A stretch of DNA of 34,752 nt from Candidatus Methylomirabilota bacterium (GTDB lineage Bacteria > Methylomirabilota > Methylomirabilia > Rokubacteriales > CSP1-6): NCBI GenBank assembly GCA_046726415.1, contig JBKPAK010000215.1:1-34752 (forward strand), given 5' to 3'. Position 1 is the first letter of the stretch. Each line of letters begins with the position of its first letter. Shown piece by piece: positions 1-9,497 of the stretch. Both the position numbers and the translations under genes were made by a program. Under the pieces are notes generated by a model. The model made no database searches. It worked only from the letters and a program-made list of their open reading frames with translations, and had not been told where the DNA came from.

Positions 1-421
1 GAGTACCCCCTCTTCTCGGCCTTCGGGAATGACGCCCCGGCCGCCGCCGGACACCGCGGCGGCCGGGATGCGCAGCCAGTGGCGCTCATTGGCGTCACTT
101 GCCCCTGACCTCGATGGTCTTGCATTTCCTGTCTCATGAGCGATGCTCCTCTTCTCAAGAAATGTTCGAGCGGTGAGCGACGCACGCCACGGGGAGCGGG
201 CCTCGACTGGCAGCCCGTTACTTATCGCGGAGCATTCGTACGGATGATGCGGGGCGAAAGCTGGGCTCCGACGCCCCCCTGACCACCGCAAAAGTCGTGA
301 CCTGGCGGGCCGTGAGGGCCTCCGCGTAGTCGCGGAGGTTCGGAGCGGTCAGCCCTCAGGCGCTCGCCACTTTGACGATCGCGGGCCAGCCCACCGGCCG
401 CTCCTCTCCCGTCCGCCCACC

Positions 422-895
422 TCACTCAGCCTTGATCTCGATCTTCTTGCTCTTCGACTCCTTGGTCTTCTGGAGGTGGACTTCCAGAATTCCGTTCTTG
501 AACCTGGCCTTGACCTTCTCGGGGTCGACCGCGGGTGGCAGCGGCATGGTGCGCATGAAGGCGCCGAAGCTACGCTCGCAGCAGTAGTAGTCCTCTCCTT
601 CCTTCTTCTCCTCGCGCTCCTCCTTGCGCTCACCCCGGATAGTCAACATCCCCTCGTGGATCGTCACGTCGACGTCCTTCTGCTCCAGGCCAGGGAGATC
701 AGCGCGGACGACCACTTCGTCCGGGCGATCGATCATGTCCACCGCCGGAGCCCAGGCGCGCCCTCGCTCCATGAGGCCGGCCGCAGGCCAGTCCTGGAAG
801 AAGCGCCCGAACAAATCTCCCATCTCGCGCTCCACCCGCGCGAGCTCTCGGAACGGTCTCGCCATCCCTCTCTGACGCCACAGCTCGAGTGCCAT
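422..895 (-). CDS. Hsp20/alpha-crystallin small heat shock protein (157 aa)
   Basis: WAPAVDM, ADLPG, LTIRGER, ERSFGAF, A.FKNGILEV and a C-terminal KIEIK (IxI) motif. ATG at 895 follows AAGGAAGGAG. The longer ORF-track start (1075) is unlikely. Confidence 0.95.
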   Translation of the reverse strand: MALELWRQRGMARPFRELARVEREMGDLFGRFFQDWPAAGLMERGRAWAPAVDMIDRPDEVVVRADLPGLEQKDVDVTIHEGMLTIRGERKEEREEKKEGEDYYCCERSFGAFMRTMPLPPAVDPEKVKARFKNGILEVHLQKTKESKSKKIEIKAE

Positions 896-957
896 GCTCT
901 CCTTCCTTTCTGGCTGCCCCGATGACGTTTGCTGGTTCCGGCAGCCACCGTGAATCC

Positions 958-974
958 AGCAACAGCAATGCCAG
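958..974 (-). promoter_or_regulatory. Candidate sigma54 (-24/-12) promoter of hsp20
   Basis: Minus strand reads CTGGCATTGCTGTTGCT: GG-N10-GC with TGGCA and TTGCT arms, about 60 nt upstream of the hsp20 start. Confidence 0.6.
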
Positions 975-1108
975 CTCGCCAGATCGTCGCGATCATACTT
1001 AGCGCTCAGTCCGTGTGGCATCAGCGTCCCGGTGGGGCAACGATGCGTGGCAACGCCTCCCCGGTGCCGAGCCACCGCCCTCGCTGAGTAGCCGGGCGAC
1101 CGGACACC

Positions 1109-1469
1109 TCAAAAGACCGGGTGAGCGCCTCGGATCAGCTCGGAGTGGAACTGCGGCAGACGATCGATCTCGACCTCGACCACCTCTCGGATGGCGCCGT
1201 CGACGTCCGACAAAGCGCAGCCGTCCGGCAGGATCACCTGGACGCCGGTCCAGGGGCGATCGACGGGCTCGCCGATCCGAGACGCCAGGTGCACCTGTAC
1301 CCTGAGGCAGCTCCGGCAGGCGCGTGTGGATGAGCTGAGCTAGCCGGCGACTGAGTACGCTGTAGATCTTGCCGGTGTGCGCGACGGGATTCTTGCCGGC
1401 CGCTGCTTCCCCGCCGGTAGGCCGGGAAAAGGCGATGAGGCCGTTGGCCCGGTTGCCTCGCCCGACCTC
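1109..1469 (-). pseudogene. C-terminal fragment of archaeal-type S-adenosylmethionine synthetase (COG1812-like), frameshifted near 1301
   Basis: [11 protein letters not shown]...[19 protein letters not shown], then after a frameshift [14 protein letters not shown]...[10 protein letters not shown]. The N-terminal portion is absent. Confidence 0.85.
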
Positions 1470-1594
1470 TTCTGGATCAAGACACACTTGGACCTCGGCG
1501 CAAGCGTAACGCGAACGGCATCGGCGAGCATGTTGACGCCGCGTAGGATCTTCTCGCGCGCCTCCATCCGGAAAAGTACTTGCTTGTGTGCCAT
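1469..1594 (-). pseudogene. groEL: N-terminal 42 codons of chaperonin GroEL
   Basis: [42 protein letters not shown] with RBS GGAGG. Homology stops abruptly at about 1469. Confidence 0.9.
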
Positions 1595-1939
1595 GGACCC
1601 CCTCCGCCATTCGTGTCGTGCTCCCTGGCTGATTCGGTGGCTCTGGCGTCGGTCAGGTTCGTGTCTGTTGGGGGGCATCGCTGCATGGCCGATGCCTGAA
1701 GAGCAGCGCCCAATATTCGCGACGTTAGACCCCTGGGTTCGGCCGCCGGTGGGCTCAGGAGCCTCAAGTGGGGCGCGATCTCCACGGGCTCATGCCGGGG
1801 GGGAGGTCGAGCGGGACGTTGAGCAAGTCGGCGCAGGCGCGCACCCTGCCACTCGGTCCGTCTCTTGCTGAGCATTCTCGGGACCGACCCTTCGGAGGAG
1901 GTGTGCAATGAACCCTTCGCTGCTTGTGGACTTTCACGT

Positions 1940-2246
1940 ATGACCGACATCCCTGAACGCCTCGACGCGCTACTCCCGACCGCGATGGCCCGGCGCGCGG
2001 AAGAGGTGGGCGTGCAGAAGGCCTCGATGGACGTCTTGAGGACCTTCGCTCTCGCCGTGCTGGCCGGCGCCTTCATCGCGCTCGGAGGCGTTTTCGCCAC
2101 CACCGCGTAGGCGGGCGCCAGAGCGGCATCGTGGGGAGCGATCCGGGCGCTGGGGGGACTCGCCTTCAGTCTGGGCCTGATCCTGGTGGTCGTTGGCGGC
2201 GCGGAGCTGTTCACCGGCAACAACCTCGCCGCGATGGCGTGGCGAG
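1940..2246 (+). pseudogene. Formate/nitrite transporter (FocA/NirC family) 5' fragment
   Basis: LAVLAGAFIALGG, an in-frame TAG at 2108-2110, then in the same frame GLAFSLGLILVVVGGAELFTGNNL (FNT signature). Truncated after about 100 codons. Confidence 0.9.
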
Positions 2247-2260
2247 ATGACGCGCGTCAT
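2247..2260. promoter_or_regulatory. Candidate Crp/Fnr-family operator
   Basis: Perfect palindrome ATGAC-GCGC-GTCAT with TGA-N6-TCA spacing, about 110 nt upstream of the Crp/Fnr gene. A similar site lies at 10817. Confidence 0.5.
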
Positions 2261-2367
2261 GTTCCCGGACGGAAGGTGGCGCCCGTGTCTCGTCAAGACG
2301 CACTCGTTCCTCGAGCAGGCACAGGCATGCAGGTCCCGGCCGCGGCCCGGGCCGAGCGCCGGATGCT

Positions 2368-3084
2368 ATGATCCGACCGATGCCGGCCGCCCAGGGCAGC
2401 GTGGAATTCCTGCGATCGTGTCCCGTCCTCGCGGCCCTGCCCGCCAAGGAGCTGGCCACGCTCGCCGCCGTCGCCCGCGATGAGCGCTACCGCGCCCGCG
2501 ACTACATCTTCATGGAGGGTGACCCGGCCCTCTGGTTCTGTCTGGTCAAGACGGGACGCGTGCGAATCTTCCGGCAATCGCGCGGCGGCAAGGACGTCGT
2601 GCTGGAGCTCCTCGGTCCGGCAGAGCCCTTCGGCGGCGTGGCGGTGATCGAGAAGCGCCCCTACCCCGCCTCCGCTCAGGCCACGGAACCGAGCACCGTC
2701 ACCAAGCTGCCCCAGGAGGCCATTGTGGCCTTGGCCGAACGCTATCCCTCGATCATCAAGGAGATGGCGCTCACGATCGGCCGCCGCCTTCGCGCCGCTC
2801 ACGATGCGGTCAAGTCGCTCGCTGCCGATCCGGTTGAGGCACGGCTTGCCGCCACCCTGCTCCGGCTCGCCGAGCGAGAGGGCACCCGTGGGCCACACGG
2901 GCTCACCCTCCCCTTTCATCTCACGCGGCAGAGCCTGGCCGACATGACGGGCACGACCGTGGAGACGGCGATCAGGGTGGTGAGCCGCTGGCTCAAGGCT
3001 GGTCTCGTCCGGAAGGCAGAGAGCCGGCTCGCCCTCGCCAACGTCGAGGCGCTGCGCGATCTCGCGCAGGGGGCGAGTGACTGA
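2368..3084 (+). CDS. Crp/Fnr family transcriptional regulator (Dnr/NnrR-like by context)
   Basis: cNMP-binding domain (IFMEGD, FG, YPASAQA) and HTH LTRQSLADMTGTTVETAIR. There is no N-terminal FNR Cys cluster. It sits next to the nor genes. Confidence 0.92.
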   Translation: MIRPMPAAQGSVEFLRSCPVLAALPAKELATLAAVARDERYRARDYIFMEGDPALWFCLVKTGRVRIFRQSRGGKDVVLELLGPAEPFGGVAVIEKRPYPASAQATEPSTVTKLPQEAIVALAERYPSIIKEMALTIGRRLRAAHDAVKSLAADPVEARLAATLLRLAEREGTRGPHGLTLPFHLTRQSLADMTGTTVETAIRVVSRWLKAGLVRKAESRLALANVEALRDLAQGASD

Positions 3085-3124
3085 CGGGTTGGTGGCCGTT
3101 CAGAGCAACCCGAGAGGATGACGC

Positions 3125-3562
3125 GTGACGCCGCTCGTCCGGCGTTTCATCAAGACCAGCTTTGTCTTCCTGCTCCTCGGCGTCCTGCTCGGCGGCTACA
3201 TCGTGGTCGCCGAATTCGTGGTGGGACGCTACCCGTCGCGGCTCCTGATCACGGCCCACGTCCATCTGCTGCTGGTCGGTTTTCTCCTGATGATCGTCAT
3301 GGGCGTGGCCACCTGGATGTTCCCCCGTCCGGGCAAGGACGACACGCGCTACCGGCCCGGACTGGCCGAAGCCGTGTACTGGACCATGACCCTCGCCACC
3401 GCCGGGCGCGCCTCCGCCGAGATCGTCAGTACGCTCTGGCCGTGGCCGCCGTTTCGTCTGCTCATCGCCGCGGGCGGGCTCGGGCAGCTCGTCGGCACGG
3501 GCCTGTTCGTGATGAACATGTGGTGGCGGGTTCGCATGCCTCCGGCGGCCGCGCCGCGCTGA
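3125..3562 (+). CDS. 4-TM membrane protein, single heme-copper-oxidase-homology unit (NnrS/COX1-like)
   Basis: Four hydrophobic segments and the motif TAHVHLLLVGFLLMIVMGVATWMFP, which matches the repeats in 11905-13236. GTG start after GAGGA. Confidence 0.75.
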   Translation: MTPLVRRFIKTSFVFLLLGVLLGGYIVVAEFVVGRYPSRLLITAHVHLLLVGFLLMIVMGVATWMFPRPGKDDTRYRPGLAEAVYWTMTLATAGRASAEIVSTLWPWPPFRLLIAAGGLGQLVGTGLFVMNMWWRVRMPPAAAPR

Positions 3563-3667
3563 GCCACTGCCGCTGTCCGGGACCGACTGTCGCTGACCGG
3601 GCAGGCCCGCTCACGTTGAACGGGGCGGGCCACGACAGGTTGGCAGGCCAGGGGAACCTCGACCGCG

Positions 3668-3960
3668 GTGGCGCTCCTGCATGAGCGGCCCGCCGATTCG
3701 TGGACGCCGGCCAGGCTGGCCAAGGACGTCGGCCTCTCGCGGTCGGCTCTGGCCGACCGCTCCGACCACTTCGTCGGCCTCCCGCCGATGCAGTACCTCA
3801 TGCGATGGCGGACGCAGGTTGCCGCGCCGTCTCGGAGAAGGCGACGCGCGAAGGTGTCCGCTGTGGCTCTCGAGGTCGGCTACGACTCGGAGGCGCCCTT
3901 CAGCCGCGCGTTCAAGCGACCCGCCGGCGTGGCGCCGGTCACCTGGCGCCGTCGCCACGC
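3668..3960 (+). pseudogene. AraC-family regulator C-terminal HTH remnant
   Basis: LHERPADSWT..LAKDVGLSRSALA...PPMQYLMRWR...VALEVGYDSEAPFSRAFKR. No N-terminal domain, and it runs into the end of norD. Confidence 0.8.
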
Positions 3961-4080
3961 GTCTCGCCCGGCCCCGACGGCCGACGTCGACGGCTTGCCT
4001 TCACACTCGAACGCGAGGTCGCCGGCGTTCCTTCGCCGGTCTTCACGATGCTCTCTAGTCGGATGCCGACGCGCCCGCTC

Positions 4081-6074
4081 TTACGTCGCGAGAAGCCTCC
4101 GGACGACTTCGACGAGCAGACCAGGCAGAAGTTCCTGGTGTCGCAGGAGCGCATAGCCGCGCCCGAAGATCGCCGGCATGTAACGGGGCGCCTCTCGGTC
4201 CACCGTCAGGCAAAAGGGGACGAGCCCTTGCAACCGGGCCTCGGCGACGGCTTGACGAGTGTCCTCGATGCCGTAGCGGCCGTCGTAGCCATCCACGTCG
4301 TTCGGCTTGCCGTCCGATAGGATCAGCAGAAGCCGGTGGTGTGCTGGCTGGGCTGCAAGCGACGCGCTGACATGGCGGATAGCGGCGCCTGCACGTGTGT
4401 AGCGGTCGGGCTCCAGGGCGGCGACACGCCGGCGCACTTCCATACCGCTGCGCTCGTCGAAGCCCTTGATGATGAGCACGCGCACGTCGCTCGGTCCTTC
4501 TCCCGAGAACGCGAAAGCGCCGTGGCGGTCGCCGAGAGCGTCGAGCGCCTCCAGCAGGACGATGAGAGCCTCTTTCTCCACGTCGATGATGCGGAGGCCG
4601 CCGCTCACCCAGCCATCGGTTGAGGCACTGGTGTCGACGAGCAGAGCTATGGCCAGATCGCGGCGGGCCGGCCTCGGCGTCGTGTACAGCCGATCGTCGC
4701 CCGGACCTTGCGCGTGCCGGTCGGCGAAGGCGGTGACGTACGCGGAAAGGTCGACCTCCGGCCCATCGATCTGACGCCCCACACGCGTGCGCCGCGGGCG
4801 GAGCCCGTCGAAGCGCCGTCTCACGCGCCGCACCAGCGCCGCGTGCCGTGCCATCACCGCGTCGACCCACGCGCCTGAGCCGGGCGTGGCGACGCTCGGG
4901 CGGACGACGGCTCCGTGCGCCCGATAGGCGCCAGTTCGGTAGTCCCACTCGGGGTACACGACGCCCGCATCGCCGTGGCTGCGCCAGCGGCGCGACGCTC
5001 TTCGGGCGGCGATGCCGCCGTCGCTGTCGAGGATCTCCCGCGGCGTGCCCGGGGTCCAGACAACACGAGCCTCAGGCAACTCCGACAGCGAGTCGGCAAG
5101 GTCTGCCGCGGCCGCGGACTCATCGCGATCGGCAGGCCTCTGCAGGCCCTTCGGGTCCTCTGCGGCCTCCATTGGCTCATCGGCGCGGATCATCCAGGTC
5201 CCTGGCCGGTCGTCGTCCTCGTCTTCGGCAGCCGCCCGCACGCGGGGCCGGCGGCGCAGCGACGCGCGCCGGACCGGGCCGGCCGGGTCCGTCTCGTCCT
5301 CGGCGCCGGCACCGGGGCCAGCGCGCGACAGCGGCGTCGGCGCGACGATCTGTCCCCACAATTGAGGCACCGCCACGCCGCGGTAGCGGCCGGACCGTGC
5401 GCCGAGCTGCGCGGCGGCCACGCACGCCCACCGCCGCGACCCCTCTGGGGTCTCCGCTGCGGGAATCTCGGACAGCGGCGCCGCCGGCTCGGCGGCGAGG
5501 ACAATGCGCAACAGCCGCTCTACCGCCTGCTCGGAGATGGTCAGCCGCTCGAGCGGCGGACGCTCGCGAAGAGCCGCCGCCCGGGCCGCGCGGAGATCGC
5601 ACATGAGGCCGGGGAAGTCGCGAGCCAACGCGCATTCCACCGCGACTGCCTCGGCGAGAACATAGAGGTCTTCCTCGAGTCGATCGGTGGGAAGCCGGCT
5701 CGGCGTCCCACGGACCGCTCTCGCCGCCTGCTCGATAGCCAGGAGCCGATACGTCGCGATGGTCGCCTCGTCGCCGCTGCTGGCCTCGAGCGCTCTCGGC
5801 AGCCAGATAGCCGCTCCATCGGTCGAGGCGGCGGCGCAGCGCCGCGACAGGTGGCGGGGCGCGCGGCCCATGGCCCGCGCGAGCCACGTCGGCGGCGGCG
5901 GAGGATCGGCAGGCAGGATCGAGTATGGTGCTCCACAGAGGGCGGTCACGAAGAGCTCGAGCCGCAGCCTCACACGCGCGAGCGGCACCTCCCGGCGCAT
6001 CTCTGGCGATCGCGCCCGCCACCACAGCTCCCGCGCCGCGCTCCTTCAATGAGCAGCCCCTCGGGGTCGCCCAC
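4081..6074 (-). CDS. norD: Nitric oxide reductase activation protein NorD (VWA domain); continuous ORF 4081-6000, probable 5' frameshift
   Basis: YPEWDYR, MIDAS DTSAST, RYTRAGAAIRH, LSDGKPND.DGY.GRYGIEDTRQAV. Lies downstream of norQ. Confidence 0.9.
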
Positions 6075-6077
6075 GCC

Positions 6078-6917
6078 TCACAACACGGCAGCCATCACGT
6101 CGTGCACGGCGGCCAGCAGGTCGGGATCGTCGGTGAGCGGCGCCGCCACGGCCGCCCGACACGCCTCCCGGGAAGGGACGCCGCTGGCGATGAGACGGGC
6201 GGCGGCGACGAGCAGCCGCGTGCTCGGCACCTCGGGCAGCCCGCGATCGCGGAGAGCGCGCAGACGGGCGCCGAGGGCGACGAGGTCGCCGGCGGTGTGG
6301 GCATCCACACCTCCCTCATGAGCGACGATGCGGGCCTCAAGTTCCGCCGGCGGGAAGTCGAAGTCGAGGGCGACGAACCGCTGGCGCGTGCTCGGTTTCA
6401 GGTCCTTGAGGATGTGCTGATAGCCGGGATTGTAGGAAACGACCAGCTGGAACGCGGGCGATGCGTCCACCAGCTCGCCGGTCTTGTCGACCGGCAGGAC
6501 CCGCCGATCGTCCGTGAGTGGATGGATCACGACGATGATGTCCTGACGCGCCTCCACGACCTCGTCCAGGTAGCAGAGGGCACCGGCACGCACGGCGCGC
6601 GTGAGTGGCCCATCCTGCCATACCGTCTCCGTGGCCCGGACGAGATACCGGCCCACGAGATCGCTGGCCGCGAGGTCTTCGTGGCAGGCGACCGTCACCA
6701 GCGGACGGCCCAGACGCCAGGCCATGTGCTCGACGAACCGCGTCTTGCCGCAGCCCGTCGGGCCTTTGAGCATGACAGGCAGCCGGCGCCGGTGGCACGC
6801 CTCAAAGATGGCGATTTCCTCGCGCACCGGCAGATAGAACGGCTCGTCGACGGGGGGTGGCCGGACACCATCTCCCGCGGTGAGCCCGCGATCCACGTCG
6901 GGCGTCCAACGCCCCAT
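6078..6917 (-). CDS. norQ: NorQ/CbbQ/NirQ MoxR AAA+ ATPase
   Basis: [58 protein letters not shown] at 6917 immediately follows the norB stop. Confidence 0.95.
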   Translation of the reverse strand: MGRWTPDVDRGLTAGDGVRPPPVDEPFYLPVREEIAIFEACHRRRLPVMLKGPTGCGKTRFVEHMAWRLGRPLVTVACHEDLAASDLVGRYLVRATETVWQDGPLTRAVRAGALCYLDEVVEARQDIIVVIHPLTDDRRVLPVDKTGELVDASPAFQLVVSYNPGYQHILKDLKPSTRQRFVALDFDFPPAELEARIVAHEGGVDAHTAGDLVALGARLRALRDRGLPEVPSTRLLVAAARLIASGVPSREACRAAVAAPLTDDPDLLAAVHDVMAAVL

Positions 6918-6919
6918 GT

Positions 6920-8290
6920 TCAGACGGCGGCGGAGCGAGCGGGGGCGAGCTCCTCGCCCCGCGCCACTGGCAGGGGCCGGCCGGCGAGGAAGAAGAAGTC
7001 CCAGAGAAACAGGGCGACGCCGGCCACGAACAGCGCGCCGGTAGCCACGAGCATCAGGAAGTGTACCTGCAGCTTGAGCTGGGTTTCCAGGTAGCCGATG
7101 CCGAGGATCCGCTCCAGGTACGTCTGCGTGATGCCGGCCGCCGCGAAGGCCATCGTCATGCCGAACATGCCTGCGAGCTGGAGCCAGAATGACCAGAAGC
7201 CGGCCCCCGTCTCGCGCGAATCCTCGGGGCGACCGGTGAGCCCTGGCATCGCGTACGTGATCATGCCAAGCACGATCATCACGTAGGCGCCGAAGAACGC
7301 CATGTGGCCGTGCATGGGCGTGATCAGCGTGCCGTGCGTCCACTTGTTCACCGCCGGCCACGTATGGGCGAGGCCGAGGAGGCCGGCGCCGAGGGCGGAG
7401 AAGATGGCGCTGCCGATGGTCCAGTGGAGGGCCATGCGATTGGGATGGCCGAGCCCCGAGCGGCGGATCGCGTAATAGGCGTACATGGCCATGCCGAGGA
7501 AGACGGCCGGCTCCAGCGCGCTGAAGAATCCGCCGATCGGCAGCCAGTAGCGCGGCACACCGATCCAGTAATAGTGGTGCGCCGTGCCCAGGATGCCGGA
7601 GATGAACGTGAGCCCGACGATGACGTAGAGCCACTTCTCCAGCACTTCGCGATCCACCCCGGAGAGCCGGATGAGCAGGTAGGCCAGCAGCGCGCCCTGG
7701 ATCATCTCCCAGACCCCCTCGACCCAGAGATGCACGGTCCACCACCGGTAGAAGACGCTCACCGTGTAGTTCTCGAACTCGAAGAGCGCGGGCAGGTAGA
7801 GCAGCGCGGAGCCGGCCAGTCCCCCGACGAGCACGCCCTCCGTGGTGGTGAGGCGTCCCCCGGCGCGGATGGTCATGCCGATGTTGTAGAGGAACATCAG
7901 CATCACGATCACGATGACGATCTTCAGCGGAAACGGCTGCTCGAGCAGCTTGTTGCCCGCCGTCCACCGGAAGACGTAGCCCACGACGGCGGTCACGCCC
8001 ATCGCCGTCCAGATGGCGAGCTGCAGGTAGGCGAGCCGGACGCTGTACAGCTCCACTCGCGATTCCTCCGGGACGAGGTAGTAGGTCGCGCCCATGAACC
8101 CGGTCAGCAGCCACACGAGGAGCAGGTTGGTATGGATCGCCTTGGTCACGTCGAAGGGCAACACGTTAATGAGCGGATCGGGACCCAGGTACTTGGCTGC
8201 GGCGAGCAAGCCGAAGACCATCTGCAAACCGAACAGGAGCAACGCCACGGCGAAGTACGGGTAGGCGACGCGCTGGGAGGGATATCTCAT
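6920..8290 (-). CDS. norB: Cytochrome c-dependent nitric oxide reductase large subunit
   Basis: [42 protein letters not shown]. 456 aa with many TM segments and no qNOR N-terminal extension. Confidence 0.96.
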   Translation of the reverse strand: MRYPSQRVAYPYFAVALLLFGLQMVFGLLAAAKYLGPDPLINVLPFDVTKAIHTNLLLVWLLTGFMGATYYLVPEESRVELYSVRLAYLQLAIWTAMGVTAVVGYVFRWTAGNKLLEQPFPLKIVIVIVMLMFLYNIGMTIRAGGRLTTTEGVLVGGLAGSALLYLPALFEFENYTVSVFYRWWTVHLWVEGVWEMIQGALLAYLLIRLSGVDREVLEKWLYVIVGLTFISGILGTAHHYYWIGVPRYWLPIGGFFSALEPAVFLGMAMYAYYAIRRSGLGHPNRMALHWTIGSAIFSALGAGLLGLAHTWPAVNKWTHGTLITPMHGHMAFFGAYVMIVLGMITYAMPGLTGRPEDSRETGAGFWSFWLQLAGMFGMTMAFAAAGITQTYLERILGIGYLETQLKLQVHFLMLVATGALFVAGVALFLWDFFFLAGRPLPVARGEELAPARSAAV

Positions 8291-8303
8291 ACCAGGAGCC
8301 CTC

Positions 8304-9119
8304 TCACCGCAAGGTGAGCAGATATGCCACGATCTGATCCACCTGTTGCGGCTTCAGCGTCTGCGCGTAATCCGTGGGCATCAGGGACCTGCCGCCAGCG
8401 GCATACGTCGGTCCCACGAGCACGTGCGCGTTGGGGTCGACGATCGACTCGCGGATGTAGCCCGCCGCGTCCTTCGCCGTGCCCCGATAGTCCGGACTGC
8501 CGATGCGCCTCGCCGCGGTTTCCGGGATTCCCGCGAGCGTGGGGCCGACAATGTTGATCCCGGGCGCGACGGAGTGGCAAGCGGCACACCCGGGCGGCGT
8601 GGCGTTGTAGAGCGCGCGGCCAAGTTCCACCGGCTCCTGGGAGGCGGCCTGGGGCGGTGGCGCCCCGAGCACCGCTCCCGGCACGGCACTGCCCTTCACG
8701 AGGATCGGTCGGGGCGGCCAGCCCTGGGTATTGATCCGGCTCACCCAGGACAGGAAGGCGATCAGGTCATCGATCTCCTGATCGCCGAGGTTCAGGTTCG
8801 GCATCAGCCGGCCGTCCCGCTCCTCGGAGTAGAACTTCGACGGCTCCTTCAGGAACTCCCGCAGATACGGTGCCCCTCGCTGGGTCGTGATCTGCGTCAG
8901 ATCTGGCGCGTAGTAGGCGCCCTCGCCGAGCAGGGTGTGGCAATTGGTGCAGTTGCGCCGGTGCCAGGCCTTCTTGCCGGCGACGACGCGCTTGTCGATG
9001 GCGGCCGCGTTGGTCAGCTTCGGGAACTGGCGATGGCTGTCGATCGTGAGCACGGTGAAGATCAAGGCGCTCAGCGCGGTGCTGATCAGGAAGAAGAGGC
9101 GCGCGCCCCGCTTGCTCAA
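8304..9119 (-). CDS. norC: NorC cytochrome c subunit with a second C-terminal heme c domain
   Basis: N-terminal TM anchor, CTNCHTLLGEGAYYAPDL...LMP, a Pro-rich linker, then CAACH...GPTL...YIRESIVDP...LMP. The TTG start overlaps the upstream stop. Confidence 0.92.
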   Translation of the reverse strand: MSKRGARLFFLISTALSALIFTVLTIDSHRQFPKLTNAAAIDKRVVAGKKAWHRRNCTNCHTLLGEGAYYAPDLTQITTQRGAPYLREFLKEPSKFYSEERDGRLMPNLNLGDQEIDDLIAFLSWVSRINTQGWPPRPILVKGSAVPGAVLGAPPPQAASQEPVELGRALYNATPPGCAACHSVAPGINIVGPTLAGIPETAARRIGSPDYRGTAKDAAGYIRESIVDPNAHVLVGPTYAAGGRSLMPTDYAQTLKPQQVDQIVAYLLTLR

Positions 9120-9322
9120 CGCCGGCGCGTCCCTTCGGGAAGCTGCCGGGCCCGCCGCACGGTGGACACCGCAGCCGTGAGGACGGCCAGCAGGCCCAGG
9201 CCCGCCCCACCGAGGGCGAGCACATCGGCGGCCAACGGGAAGTGCAGTCGGGCCATCAGCAGCGCGAGGCTCGCGCTCAGGGCGGCGAGGGCGAGGATGA
9301 CCAGCAGCGCCGCCGAGCTCAT
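9116..9322 (-). CDS. Small 2-TM membrane protein (68 aa), unknown function
   Basis: MSSAALLVILALAALSASLALLMARLHFPLAADVLALGGAGLGLLAVLTAAVSTVRR. It has 4-nt overlaps with both neighbours (ATGA at 9319-9322, TTGA at 9116-9119). Confidence 0.7.
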   Translation of the reverse strand: MSSAALLVILALAALSASLALLMARLHFPLAADVLALGGAGLGLLAVLTAAVSTVRRARQLPEGTRRR

Positions 9323-9456
9323 ACGCCGATTCGGTTGAAGTTCACGACCGCAACCCAGACCGTGTAGGCGGTGGACAGGGCCATCAAGGCGAGGACGACC
9401 CACGCCAGCAGCCGGGGCAGCGCTGGCAAACGTTCGCTCTCACGCTTCGCGGGCAT
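9319..9456 (-). CDS. Small 1-TM membrane protein (45 aa), unknown function
   Basis: MPAKRESERLPALPRLLAWVVLALMALSTAYTVWVAVVNFNRIGV*. The stop overlaps the next start (ATGA). Confidence 0.7.
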   Translation of the reverse strand: MPAKRESERLPALPRLLAWVVLALMALSTAYTVWVAVVNFNRIGV

Positions 9457-9497
9457 TGCCGTTCCCCCTGTGGTGATGTCTTCCGAGGACTTCCAGG

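Noticed and set aside
1-137. Minus-strand ORF from ATG 137 with a GAGGAG upstream, running off the window
   Set aside because: The translation has no recognisable motif and is incomplete.
2108-2110. In-frame TAG in the FNT gene as possible recoding or pyrrolysine
   Set aside because: The gene is also truncated shortly after, and TAG is used as a normal stop elsewhere in the window.
6078-8114. 678-aa ORF suggesting a long N-terminal extension of NorQ
   Set aside because: The extension is an alternate frame of norB. NorQ starts at 6917.
6920-8290. NorB as an NO dismutase or qNOR
   Set aside because: It has cNOR length with norC, and the His ligands and catalytic Glu are canonical.
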